A model generated the notes under the pieces. That model was not told where the DNA came from, searched no databases, and worked only from the letters and a program-made list of their open reading frames with translations. A DNA stretch of 63,713 bases, filler included, from Phoronis australis (taxonomy: Eukaryota; Animalia; Phoronida), in assembly GCA_002633005.1 (NCBI GenBank). It is 4 parts of 4 records of this genome, joined end to end, with 100 filler letters (N's around TTAATTAATTAA, not from the genome) between each part and the next. Parts side by side here need not be neighbours in the genome. Positions count along the whole stretch, not along the records: positions 11,349 to 36,117 come from NMRA01001356.1; positions 36,218 to 57,371 come from NMRA01001416.1; 2 more parts are not named here. One strand, written 5' to 3'. This document shows, piece after piece, positions 25,196 through 38,028 of the stretch; position 1 is the first letter of the stretch, and the number at the start of each line of letters is the position of its first letter. The position numbers and the translations under genes are program-made.

Positions 25196-27415
25196 CCATC
25201 TACTCCATTTAACCTTCTGAAAAATTCTTGACTTAAAGCGCTTTAAAATCATACCCACAGTATAACGCCATAGGATTATCCCTTAGCGGATGCAGTGTCG
25301 ATGTGGCAACTGAACAATGGAGTGTTCGAAAAACATGATTGCAGGAATATCTTTTTAAACTGGGAACAAATGAAAACATTAACAACCTCCTCAGAGGCAT
25401 CTCTCTACGAGGTAGTTCTTAACTTATAGGAACATAATTTGCCGAAAAGCATCCGGCATATGGAGTACCTATGGTATTATCATCATCTCTAGCGGGTCAG
25501 CGGTATTGTCTAAGGCCTAGGCAGCCAAGGGGCTGAAAAAGTTAAAAAAAACAACTGGTGATGAAACTGAAACACACATGGAAAACACCAAGATGTACTT
25601 TTCAAAAACACGTACCTGTTTTTGAAAGCTATACTTCTTTCTCTTTCTTGAAATATGGTCCATAATATAATTTTCCTGCTAACGAATGATGCACTCATGT
25701 TTCAGAATGTTCCTATCTTGTTCAGGTTAATTGGGTGTTTCAGATTTTAGAAGTATAATTGATTTTCTTGGGAAATCTTGGATAACATCTGTATTACTTT
25801 CAGCAACTTCAGTTTTAGTACTACTGTTGGTGCCTTGAAACGTTGCTATGCCGTTCTGTCCTTTCAATTTTTTGGTCTGACACATGGTCTTCTAGTCTAC
25901 AGCAATCAGCAGTATACTATGTAGGCTACACCAGGACATGCAGCTGTTTTCTGCACAAACGTTTGTGACACTTCTTCTTCTTTTTGAGCTACTGATCTTC
26001 AGAGTTCCACAGTCCATCAGCTTTAGTCAAGAAGCTTTCCTAAGCTTCTTTAGGCTCTGACATCACAATTTTGTGCTGTTTGATAAACCTTGAATTATAC
26101 AAGCATCACACTCCATGGGAGCAGACATATTGAAGTAACTAAGCACGACAATACAATCTGGCTCTCTGATTGGTCAATTCAATAGAAAAGCGCCACCAAA
26201 TTGCAGGAATGTGCATCATACTTTGTTCAACAAAAACACGTTTTAAAAAAATGTGCAAGTGTAGACGTGGGAACTTTTTGGAATTTGATTTATATGTATA
26301 TTATCTAGCCACATAGAAAAAACTAGGTTGCCCCCCAAAGTACTCACAAGGATGAACGCTATGAGATCTGGCCCACCAACTATAAGTTCCTGAAAAGAAT
26401 GTGCGCTTTACGAGAAATACCATTTAACAGTTTCACAATGTATACAGGTATGTTCAGGTCGGGTTGACTGACTACCTCATACAGTTCAGGTTTCCCTATG
26501 GTCGTCAAATTTGTTAGTATCAACAAGACTCTTAACCATAACAAAATATCCACCATGTATTATGTAACACGTCAGTAATCACCGGAGGAGAATACTGTTT
26601 TGTTTGATTCATGTGATATTCCTTAATACGTGTATTCATTGGGTCAAAGCAGTATAGCAAAGTCTTGTTCATATTCTGAACACACTGTGTCATGTCGTCC
26701 TAAGAACTACTGGACCTAAGTTTAATGTTCATTTGCTCATCCCCCAATCAAACCTGACCGGTCATCAGGTAAAAAAGGGGTATCCTGTGCTGGCTTGGAG
26801 GCTAGCATGATAAGCAAACGTATGAGAGAAGCCGCCTCGCCAAGTATTAATGTGCAAAATCTCTGAAATTTGTGACCCAGCGTGACTGTTGAAAATAAAA
26901 ACATACCAGAATGTAACCTGTACACATTGGGTGACAAGTTTTCGCGAAGGCCTACATGTATTTTGCTTCAGATCCAATATGTCACCACACATGATACACC
27001 AATAAATGTCAGTGTTTTGAGGACATTAACTGATATGGGTGGTTGCGGTTAATGTTTGTTGTTGCAAGATTGTTTATTGTTGTGGCTTTATGATTATCAT
27101 TAACGACGGCTGAAACGGATAACTCTTTTCGAAATTAGGCTGTCCTGGAAACTGTTCAAACCTGTACAGTGTAAATATTCTTAGTGCCAGTGACCGTGCG
27201 AAGTGGATAGCTTTGCTACCGGAGGGGGGTGCACGCCTGAAGTCAAGCCTAGGTATTCCTAAGCAGTTCCCCAACATTGCCAGACACTCCGTTTTATGTT
27301 GGATGTTTAGGTGAAGGGCACTCTGCACCTCCTCGCAATGCTGTCTTCTCAGGTAGTAATTAGAAAGGGGGGGGGGCTACTTATCGCCAGTAGACTTAGG
27401 AAATCAAGGGTTTAG

Positions 27416-27526
27416 AACATGTTAGGTATAATACTCAAGGATCATAAATCCAAGTGGGATAGTTATGTTGCCAAGGTGTATTTTACTTATATTGCCAGTC
27501 ATCAGTCTAGAACCGGATATTCCCCA
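27416..27526 (+). pseudogene. Gypsy LTR-retrotransposon integrase fragment
   Basis: NMLGIILKDHKSKWDSYVAKVYFTYIASHQSRTGYSP resembles the WD.Y...V.FAYN.S.H.STG.SP motif after the integrase core. Confidence 0.65.
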
Positions 27527-28363
27527 TCAAACCCTGGATACCGGCCGGATCATCAGGTGAAATGTTATGTGACCTAGGAAAATCCAAAGCGCGGCGAAGG
27601 CGCCAAAGTCATTATCAAAGTCTGGCAATAATTACCCTAAAAATTTCAAAGTTTGAGTTTTTGAATGATTAATTTGTTATAATCAATAGAATAAATACAC
27701 ATACCTAGAAAATGCCAGTATCCGTTGCGACTTTGTTAAACAGCACAATACGAGAAAATCTAAACAGTTATACTGTGCGAAATGTGTATCATGCTGACAG
27801 AACACTAAAACAGTTTTCTTTTAACATAAATGAAACACGTCGACATTGCAATCCCCTACAATTCCGCCACGATCGTACAGCTGATCAAGACAATTACACC
27901 CACACCACACCACACAAATGAGACAATAAAAATCCTTCGGTTGACAAGCATTGGAAAAACCTATAGCCTGTATTTGCATTTAAACCACAGTCCACTGGAA
28001 CTGATATTATTAATGGTGTCCACTTTGGTTTTACCTTGACTATTACAGCAGAAGTTCAACCGAAGGTTGGCACTGGACGATTCTAACCAACTTTTCCAAA
28101 TCCACACATGAATGAAAATCACTACCACTTTTCCATTCAGACGGAGAAAAGCAAAAAGATAAAAACAGAAAATAAACACGACAACAGCAATTAAATAACA
28201 TGTAGTTTTTCCTGGTAAAAGATTATTTCCCCGTTGCGACAGTTCCTACTCCGGTAAGAACGATGGTAATTCATCTAGTGCCTAGCCTGAAAAAATCCAA
28301 CGAAGTGCACATGTAGCTTCTCCTTGAACACGTGAGAATTGCTGCAGGATGCTCTCTTCTCAT

Positions 28364-28690
28364 CATAGGCGGATTTAGGAGCGGGGCCATTCCCCCTTGG
28401 CTGCCGAAAAAACAACGCAGCAAGAGCGTGAGGAAATGTCGGGTTTAGCAATTAACCCCGGTAGTTAACATGACGCTGAAACAAGATTTAGTTTGTGTGT
28501 GTATGTGAGAGGGCGCTCACACCCGACTGTAAATGTTCAACCGAGACTTGGGTTACTCGTTGTCGGTTTTTTAATCCATCTGTTTTTACTTGAAGTTAAA
28601 GAGTCTTTGGGGAAACTTCGCGGACCCGTACTTCCGCGTTTACCCGACACAACATGTTGCCTCCCTTATAAGATATTAGATCCGCCACTG
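28364..28690. mobile_element. hAT-like MITE (CAkrGGCGGAT family), 5-bp TSD CTCAT
   Basis: ctcat|CATAGGCGGATTTA...TAGATCCGCCACTG|ctcat. Confidence 0.8.
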
Positions 28691-28788
28691 CTCATTACCA
28701 TACTCTAGGGAAATCTTCACGTATAAAATAGTAGCAGCCTTTGATTCCTTGAATTGGTCATACTTTCAACAAGGAGTGTACGAAGATT

Positions 28789-29515
28789 AGGAGAGTTCAC
28801 TCCTCCGTTTGCCATTCGCCGTAATTGTTATCGGGCGAAAAAGTAGCGCCTCACTCAGCGAATAAGCAACACTTATTTAGCTTGTGATGACCCCTTCCTG
28901 CCATCGCCTCAAATTTTGTTCCCCTGGCCATTGACAATATGCTGAAGCTGTGATTATATCTGTCCCTTGTTTTGTGCATGACCCCAAGGACTTTCTGCTT
29001 TTAATTACTGGCATCCATCATGCCCCAGTACCACACTAGGTGTTTTCCAAGTTGATTTAGAATGTGTTCCCTGTTGAATACGCCAGGCTGTTACCAGTGC
29101 AAACGATTGGTTTGACGGCAGTAGGTGTAACACAACACCGTATTCGATTCTGATGCTCCCTTACATATAACTTGAGCATACGTATATTAAGAAAACTTAT
29201 CTGCGGAAGACAGAGTGCAGCCCGTGCAGTAGAGCATACTGCAGACGGCTTTGGCATCGCGATTGCGATCGAATTTCCTTCTAAGCGTGAACAGAACACT
29301 TAAAATAAAATACAGTGCATCATATTATAGAATAGGAAATAATAATTAGCTTCCTGGATCCTTAGGAAACGTAAAGAAATGACACGTCTTTGGTTTTCCT
29401 GGATGAATTAGTGCAGTTTATCGCTCTGCAAATTGCGCCCTTCCCCATTCTTCTCGCGCTTGTTACTTGACTATTGCTTAATCACCACATGGCGAACTCA
29501 CAAGTGAACTCTCCT
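28789..29515. mobile_element. MITE-like element with 12-bp TIR AGGAGAGTTCAC
   Basis: aggagagttcac at 28789 and gtgaactctcct ending 29515; no clear TSD; superfamily uncertain. Confidence 0.55.
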
Positions 29516-32500
29516 GTTACACTACCCTGCTTGTTTTCTGCTGGTCTTGACAATAAGAATACGTTAATTGCTGTTACCTGTATGTCTCTTGGTTTACCTT
29601 GGCGAGCCTCCTCTAATGTTTTAAAGTCCCTATTTCAAAGGCTAATACCAAAAAAAATCAGTAGCATCTTCGCAAATGGACCAGGCAGGGGTGATAAATA
29701 CTACGGGACAGATTCTCTTTATATTTTATCTGTGTGATTATACTGGCCCCACTGGCTCCAGAACACCTTTATTTTTTAAACTTCTCGTTTTGGTTTCCAT
29801 GGATTCTATTTTCCGGCAATGGCGGCAGTTTAGTTTTAGTTATTTTTCAACAGTAACGTTAGGTTGTGGAAGTAACGTCGAAATATTTAACCTGTATTAC
29901 TGGTCAAGTGTGACCGCTGACTAGGTTATTCATGCGAATTTGAAAGATTTCGATATTTTTGTCTAGTTTTAGACCTGCATAAGATGACTACTTTTAGTGA
30001 TTTTTGAAATCGTCAAAATTGGCTAAATTTGTCTCCTGATATTTCAGCTGGCACAGGTAGAGGTGTTTAGTAAAGCCGGTCGAAAGCTTCTACGGTATAG
30101 TTACTATTTTTAAATAAAAGTTATATTTAGGATTACTTTATAATAAAAATGCAATAACTACTATGTCACGTGATGAACACCTTTTGCTACAAAGAGATAT
30201 AGTGTAGGATGAACATTCATTTACTTGACATATATAATTAGATTGTGATATAACCACAGTATCGGCATACGAGTCTAATACTGCATGAAAAGTGTTTATA
30301 TAATTCTTTAATGGCTGTTGTATAGTTACTTAATGGCATCGACTCTTTACCGAAACATGCGGGTTCCTAAGGGTTTGTCAAAAAGGAAATGGATCACATT
30401 TTGTCTTTAACCAATTGTTTGATGTTTATTTTTGCCACTTTGTTTTGGTTATGTTAGCAGAATTGTGTTATTAATAAGTCTATTCAATTTTGAGGTGAGC
30501 CATTTCAGACAAGAACGGTAATCTGGTTTTTAATTTCCATCAGAAATTCCGTACCTTTATACTTTCCGATCTAATATTTGAATATAGAATGCGTACATGT
30601 ACATTATAGGAATCCTGCAAATTTTTGTTGTGGATTGTTCTGTATTCATGGGTAGCATTTCAAAGACGTTTTTATGTACAAGTGTTATAATTTGAGCAAG
30701 CTCGTCCACATGCATAATCTTCAGTATAAATACTTTGCTAGCTACATGTACTATATATGAGGTGTTTCTTGAGATGACGCAGATATTTCTTGAGCAGATG
30801 CTGCTTAATTTCTACAGAAATATCACAAACACGGGAGAATCGATGGAATGAATTTGAATCGCATAAATGTTTGAGACACATATCCGACAGCGGACTTGCC
30901 AACTGGTTCAATTACTTTATTGACATTATACTACAAATCTTGCAATCATTTCTATAACCATTAGTATGGTGATCCATTGTGTTTGGTTATGAGTTCTTAT
31001 ATCAATGTAGGGACTCAGTTTTACCACTAAATTTTCTCCGAGTTTATTTTTCCGCGTATGCTAACAGGGTGATTACTTTATTGATGTATCATTTTTCGCG
31101 CGGTGAGTGTCAAGAATTATATCTTGATGGATATATTTATGTTAGTATAGCGACCACTGACGGCCACTGTGACTGTCAATCACTTGACTCCTCCCAGTGA
31201 CCACATGTTCCTGTAACCGCATGTCCATGTATCCATAGACACATGACGTGCTATCTTAATAAACCAGTGGTGTCATGTTCAATGTATCCAACCTCGTCCT
31301 TCGTTTTCCTAAGAACACAAATTCAAACAAGGGACATTCGCATCTACTTGTCTTTGAGATGAGTTCCGGGCACAGTCACGCTTGGACTCACGCCAGCTGT
31401 CACAGTTGATTCACGCTTCACTTTCCAGTCTGCCTCAGGTTACGGCCACGCCTAGACAGACCGGAGGTAGACTGGAGGAAGTCTGATACTTCAGTGGCTG
31501 CACTGTATGCCAAACTTAACATTTTATGACCACTTACTAACGACATCTCAATGGCATTTTGGAAAACTTTCTTGAGCTCATCGTTTCAAAATAATTGTGA
31601 GACCGAGGTAAGTTTTGCCAATAATAAGCGCAGGATGAAATGAAAGAACAATTTCCAATTTTTAGCACATATGCTATAGGTTTATAGGTAAACATCTGTG
31701 TTTTCTAGAAATAATTCTTTGAACTTGGTCAAGCATCACGTTTTTGGTTACTGCACTTTACTGCATTCACTAAAACCATCGTAAAGCAACAAATAAGAGC
31801 AAAGAGCAAAGAAGTCGTGGAAAATTGTACTTGCAAAAAATACAGTTACATGTAATAACCAACTGCTTTATCAGACTAATTATCCAGTATAGCATCAAAT
31901 GAAGTGAAATCCATCTGTCTGTTTTTTATTTCCACTAATTTAGTGTTTCTCATAAGAAACGAAAAATGACAGCTTTTTGACTTTTTAAAACGGAATCTTC
32001 TTTGAATGAAAAGTCTGCACCATAACAACCTATACGATGGTGGAATGCAACATGCAAATTAGGAACACAGTCGGCGAAACTGATTCCGTAAACATTTTAA
32101 GGATGCGCAGATTCTACCTAAAAGGCAGTCTCAGCTCCGATTAGGGCCGTGTCAAAACCAAATTAGTGCACGGAATGTTGGCTGCAATTGCACTATTACG
32201 TATTAGCCCATGGCGGTACGGTCACAATAAAGCCAGCGAGCGGCAACGTGTTGGTCCAACCATTCAGAACGATGTTTAGTAAAATAAATAACATTAGGGA
32301 TGAGAGAAATTGGGTGAAGTATGACACCACAGGATATGGTGGTTTTAGAGATACAAGGGTAGTCTTTCGTTGTCAGGAAGGAGCTATTTTGACTACATTC
32401 TCTAATGTGGGTTCTGCTTCAAACCGATTTTTTGGAGAAGATGATCTCAAAATCACTACTTTCAGACCGCACATTATTGCATTTTTCGCTTTAAGCCATT

Positions 32501-35090
32501 CATTATTTGTTCGCCGTTTGTACGTATTAAAATGCCGCAGTACAATAGAACAAATTAACGGCATTAGTTTACTTCATTATTTTGTAATATTTTCGGACAC
32601 AAAAAGTTCCCATTGAGATATGAAATTATACTAGATTAGTTAACCCTACTATTGAATATCAAACTAAAGCGACAACTCGAATGCGTTAGTTGAATGATGG
32701 CCGATCTAAAATGCAGGTTTGCGAAATGATGTCAAGACCTGTATCTTGTTCGTTTTTCTATTATCAAAAATTCCCACCAGAGATATGTATTTACAACTAC
32801 TTGTCTTCAAGATAATTTATATGGCACTGCTAGTTGCATCAAATACGATTTATTTTGCAATCGGTGCTTCAAAACCAGTACTTTTAATTGTACCCATTGC
32901 AGCGTATTTTTCTATATTAATTTTATTGTACTCAATCCGTTCTACGCTTTCTGGAGCATCTCTCACGCTCATCAAGTCAGCTGTTATTTACATAGCTGAT
33001 GCCATGCTCACGCAACAAAATCACAGTGTCGGATAAAGATGTAAACTAAATAAATATCTGTATTTTTTGTTTCACATTAACCCATTGCTTCTTTAGAAAC
33101 GTCGTCACGGGTACTCTTGAGACGGTCGTTGCCACCATAACGTTCAACATTCAGATGCGTAGTCCGAGCTTCAAGTTGGGTTTACACTGTAAATGTATGT
33201 GGTTCGTGCATCTGTACATGCTGTGGGTAACAAAGCATCACGTGACAGTGACGAAGATGAGTGTTTCGTTTCCTATGGTGAAACAAACTCGTTCTCGGAA
33301 CGTTCGAAATTGGGTAGACTCCAATAACTGTCTCACGGCTAGAAAAATATGACCAAAGGCACCTGTTTTTGTATAACTAACCGGAAATATGTCTCTTTAT
33401 CTCGCTAAAAGTTGCTTGTCTAGCGAGGTACTAGAGAGGTCCAAGAGTTACTGAACTGTAAATTTTTCTGTCATCTGGATAAACAGGATGAGGACATGAA
33501 CAATACAGTGCATTTATTTTTAAGGATCTGTCTCATAGAGTGAAGTGAGACACAATTGGGAGACAAAGCATACAGTACATGGCATTGGATAATTCGAAAG
33601 AACAACATTAACCTAAAATAAATTACTGCGAATATTTTCTTCTCGGTGACTTGCAAGTCGCTCCTGAGTGGTGAGGTTTCTCACCTGCATAACCCACTGT
33701 GGATTTGGATGTCGTCGAGAGCTATGCCACACGAACAGGGCACAAATTTATGGACGATGAACGCTACCAAAATGCACGTGCATAACACAAGGCGATGTCA
33801 CAGATTAAAACATTTGTTAAAATACACGCGTTTTAATATGAGCTTGTTATAAGCATTTGTTCATGAGCTTTGCAAGTATTTTCAGATGGTTTACACCGTA
33901 TAATCACGCGTACATGTACCATCTTACTCTTTCGTCGAAAAGTCCAGGAATACAACGATACCTTCCATTTTCGTGGCGTTTCTGGTGTGCAGAAGATGTT
34001 TGAGATTGTAACACAAACACCTGTTTCCATTTTTTAGTATATTTCATATACTATATTATTATTGTTATTATTAGTTAGTTCAAATTTTCAATTCATTCCC
34101 GTCACTTGAAATGCTGCTAAGGTTAATTTAACCTCAAAAAGCTCCCAGTCTGACATTCTTTCTGCTTTGAGAAGACAAATCGAAAGATGTCAATCATTTT
34201 CGTATACCGTAGCGATAGACTGATGGTGCGACTTCGCAAAAACAATTCTGATTGATGTGTTTCAATTTTTTCATGCATTTTTCCAAGACATTCCGTCGAG
34301 CAAACATCGCCCCACTTAAATGTTGTGCCAGTTATAAGATCGTATTGCAGTTTAAGCCAGCTTTCAAAACATCACCAAGTATAGTGACAACAGACAGTTC
34401 TGCAGGAGCGTTTGCTAGTCAACAAGAATTCTGAAGACCTAGAATCTGGTTAAGTCGGGTTCGAATCTAGCCATTGTAGCATAACGGAAGCCAGAAGCGA
34501 ATTATATCTATCTTCAATGTCATCCAAGGTTCGAAATCTGACGACACTTCATGTACTTTGCAAGTCCCAGTGTATACACCTGTACATGTAGTTTTGTGAT
34601 TAGTGGGGACGTCTGAAGGAAATGCCTTCATGAATTCTTCCAAGACAGCAAACGTAATTAACTTTTTATAGCACTCATATACTTACTTTTCAATTTACAA
34701 TCAACTTATTAATCCTGACTGTAGATTGTAAAATGATTTTGTCTAAGCGCTTATCAGGTTACAAGCAAATGTTGCGTTGCATTACAGCGTTCTGACGTTC
34801 AGTAACATTTCCAGACGTGAGGGGTGCTGAACGTGCGATAACATCTGGCTCTTTTGTTAACTTCCCAGCTCAGACTTTTGTCCCGTATGATAACAAGCAG
34901 GTCAATTATCTCCCTGGCGTCAAATGGAACGTATGGTGGTTGCACACTATTACCGAACGCGAATAAACACAGTCACACCCAGTGCCTCCGTTTGGACAGA
35001 ATAGATTGTCTTAACTGCTGTTGTAGTTGGACGATTTTAGTGATTCAAAAACGGAAAATGATCAGCATTTGACGAAGAAATTAGAAATTT

Positions 35091-35645
35091 TATTGGTTTA
35101 AGCTAAAATATGTTATAACTTAACGTTTTTTTAATAACAAAGCCCAGTCAGGCTAGATACGATCTGATCGGAGATTAGAGCAATTACCGAACAAAAGAGC
35201 ACAGTCCCTCCAACCATAAATGCCCGAATGGAGTTAATCAGTCGTGTAAGTAATTGGCTACTTGGGTAAACTTCCCAACGTATTGTTGGGCTATAAAATC
35301 GAACAAGTTGGGAGCAACGGCCGGGAAGTCGCCGTCATGGGAACGCACACGCGGTAACTTTTTTTTTTAGTTGGCTGCCATTTTAGTAGTTTCTCACATG
35401 GTGTTAATATGCTTCTGGAAATATTAAAAATAATTCAGCATATCCAAAACATATAATTTGACAACGATTTCATGAAAATCGGTTGGGCAGAGGCAGATTT
35501 ATGAGTAAAAGCATTACCTGCAAGCACCAAACAACGGCCATTTTGAAAAATGACCGCCATTTTGGATTTTTAGGTGGCTAGTCGTGCAGATCTGTTGAGT
35601 ATACGCTTCCAGTCGGTGGAACCAATATTGGTGCATTTTCTACCT
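35091..35645 (+). mobile_element. Right-end fragment of the 12727-16034 Academ family
   Basis: 35243-35645 aligns to 15621-16025 (gtgtaagtaattggctac..aacttcccaac..ggttgggcagag..ggtggctagtcg..gatctgttgagtata) and extends ~150 bp further inward. Confidence 0.8.
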
Positions 35646-36044
35646 ACTTAACCGTTGCCTTGAAAAGCCTTGTTGCATAATACTAGTCTCGTTTATTTTT
35701 TAACTTGTAGGTGGATGACACAAAATAAGGTTACTTTATGGCGTTTTGATTGATTTTTGGGGGTTGTGCATATATGGTATACAATGATTTAATTGTTCAA
35801 AGAACACTTTTTCATAGTCGGCGGCTTTTTCAAAACTGTCTGTAGATTTCATAACTTGTGTAACTGAATCTTCTGTTCCCTTTAGAAAATGTACCGTTCT
35901 TACTATTTTTAGATGTGACAAAATTGTTACCCTCGACAACACCGTAACTGTGAGGTACTCGAAAGACATTGTTTTTTTTTTGGATGATCCTATACAAATG
36001 TTTACACGGAACAAATCTGTGGTTCATGTGAGCATTCAGGCATA

Positions 36045-36117
36045 CAGTGCTGATCGAATCCAACGTCCTATCGAACGCGGCTAGGCCGCGTCCGGATACG
36101 GGTTCCAAACCGCGGTT
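36045..36117 (+). mobile_element. Tc1/mariner-like MITE terminus cut by the scaffold end
   Basis: TA|cagtgctgatcgaatccaacgtcctatcgaac is the reverse complement of 11648-11679 with one mismatch. Confidence 0.65.
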
Positions 36118-36217
36118 NNNNNNNNNNNNNNNNNNNNNNNNNNNNNNNNNNNNNNNNNNNNTTAATTAATTAANNNNNNNNNNNNNNNNNNNNNNNNNNN
36201 NNNNNNNNNNNNNNNNN
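36118..36217. other. Artificial scaffold-joining linker
   Basis: N44-TTAATTAATTAA-N44. Confidence 0.97.
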
Positions 36218-36980
36218 GCAATCAACATGCCCAAGTGGCCGTCATCCCCCGCCATAATCATAGGACAGAGGGAACCTCTTCTCAAATTTTCGTAAACATT
36301 TATTAATAAAAACAACGGATTTAACCCGGCTTGACATGTTTTGGTGTCGTTTATTGAAACAACATCATCAGAAGAAGAAAAAAAAACACAGTGGCCACCT
36401 TGCTAGGCCCAACAAAATGTAATGAAACAGTCAGTTACAGGGTGCAACAATAAATCAGACCAACAATGACAACCTGCGAGTTTACTATTCATTTACTCAA
36501 ATTATTAGCAAGTACACGTACTTAGCGACCCTTTTCAAACTTTTCAAATTTTTGACAGTATGAATTTAGATTTTTCTTCACAGCGTAAGTGAATTCGCAA
36601 AATTTGTTAATTATTTTATGTCCCACGTCTGCCGGAAAGATGCCTAAGAGTTTCAAGAACAAAAATGAAGACCTCCAGAGTCATCAAAATGAAAAATTGC
36701 GACTAAGCCTGTTTCAAAAGGAAATTTCGTCATTTGCTGTGAAAATGTTAAGAGATAACAGATAGAAATTCCTTTGTGTCGTGTGTAAAGCACGAAATCG
36801 CTAGTAGTTGAGGAATTTAGTTCACGAGTTCACTTTCAAAATAAAATGATAATTTTAAAATGAAAATGATTATTAATGGACGAGCTACGCTTCTAGGCAT
36901 GTGCACCATCGCATTCAACATTGCTACTCATGTTAAACAGTGTTCACACCGAGGTACTCTAAAGTACAACTCCAGACTCC

Positions 36981-37211
36981 CTATTGGAAGCTACTGGTTT
37001 CCTCGTTTATAACCGTCTCTCCTATGACATTCTTCAACCTTTTTTGCTTCATTTTATGACAAAATCCAGGGTCCGTCTCATTTTCAACATCTTCGATAGT
37101 GTCCGGTAGGTGTCGCTGTGATAGGTCGGGAAGTATCAGCACCAATGCGCTAGCGATGCATGTCAGGCCTCCAAACAGCAAGAATGGTAACTGTGCAAAC
37201 GTCAGCTCACT
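36981..37211 (-). CDS. SLC22-family organic cation/anion transporter, terminal coding exon (duplicate copy)
   Basis: Acceptor tttgtcccaacag, then SELTFAQLPFLLFGGLTCIASALVLILPDLSQRHLPDTIEDVEN...SSFQ*; TM12 followed by the LP.TIED.E motif. Confidence 0.75.
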   Translation of the reverse strand, partial: SELTFAQLPFLLFGGLTCIASALVLILPDLSQRHLPDTIEDVENETDPGFCHKMKQKRLKNVIGETVINEETSSFQ

Positions 37212-37797
37212 CTGTTGGGACAAACGATAGTTGATAAGCACATGATTCATTCAACCATTAAAGACTGGATTAAAGTAGGATAGGTCACTGCCCACGCTAG
37301 TAGGTGGCGATTTCACGACCATAGCAAATTTTTGTTCTTTCCCCGGGCGCCNNNNNNNNNNNNNNNNNNNNNNNNNNNNNNNNNNNNNNNNNNNNNNNNN
37401 NNNNNNNNNNNNNNNNNNNNNNNNNNNNNNNNNNNNNNNNNNNNNNNNNNNNNNNNNNNNNNNNNNNNNNNNNNNNNNNNNNNNNNNNNNNNNNNNNNNN
37501 NNNNNNNNNNNNNNNNNNNNNNNNNNNNNNNNNNNNNNNNNNNNNNNNNNNNNNNNNNNNNNNNNNNNNNNNNNNNNNNNNNNNNNNNNNNNNNNNNNNN
37601 NNNNNNNNNNNNNNNNNNNNNNNNNNNNNNNNNNNNNNNNNNNNNNNNNNNNNNNNNNNNNNNNNNNNNNNNNNNNNNNNNNNNNNNNNNNNNNNNNNNN
37701 NNNNNNNNNNNNNNNNNNNNNNNNNNNNNNNNNNNNNNNNNNNNNNNNNNNNNNNAGTGTTCACACCGAGGTACTCTAAAGTACAACTCCAGACTCC

Positions 37798-38028
37798 CTA
37801 TTGGAAGCTACTGGTTTCCTCGTTTATAACCGTCTCTCCTATGACATTCTTCAACCTTTTTTGCTTCATTTTATGACAAAATCCAGGGTCCGTCTCATTT
37901 TCAACATCTTCGATAGTGTCCGGTAGGTGTCGCTGTGATAGGTCGGGAAGTATCAGCACCAATGCGCTAGCGATGCATGTCAGGCCTCCAAACAGCAAGA
38001 ATGGTAACTGTGCAAACGTCAGCTCACT
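37798..38028 (-). CDS. SLC22-family transporter, terminal coding exon
   Basis: Same exon with identical translation; acceptor tttgtctcaacag; phase 0, matching the exon at 39373-39445. Confidence 0.85.
   Translation of the reverse strand, partial: SELTFAQLPFLLFGGLTCIASALVLILPDLSQRHLPDTIEDVENETDPGFCHKMKQKRLKNVIGETVINEETSSFQ

Larger units (their letters stand above)
23205..26382 (-). mobile_element. Second Academ-type DNA transposon (different family), internally deleted (3.2 kb)
   Basis: Termini TAGTCGGTGGGCCA...TGGCCCACCAACTA; imperfect TIRs of ~150 bp (tgtgagtgctttagggggcaa; aaaaagttcccac..ttgcacattttt); 3-bp TSD TAA on both sides. Confidence 0.8.

Noticed and set aside
34400-34480. tRNA gene from the B-box-like GGTTCGAATC
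   Set aside because: No cloverleaf or clear A box; at most a SINE relic
29740-35050. Short ORFs such as 32188-32616 and 32719-33036
   Set aside because: No domain signatures or convincing splice structure; the composition fits decayed repeats
11679-36045. 24-kb element bounded by CAGTGCTGATCG TIRs
   Set aside because: The ends face outward, so they belong to separate MITE copies at the scaffold edges
37297-37829. Long ORFs here and at 46059-46670 in the ORF track
   Set aside because: They read through N gaps (poly-X)
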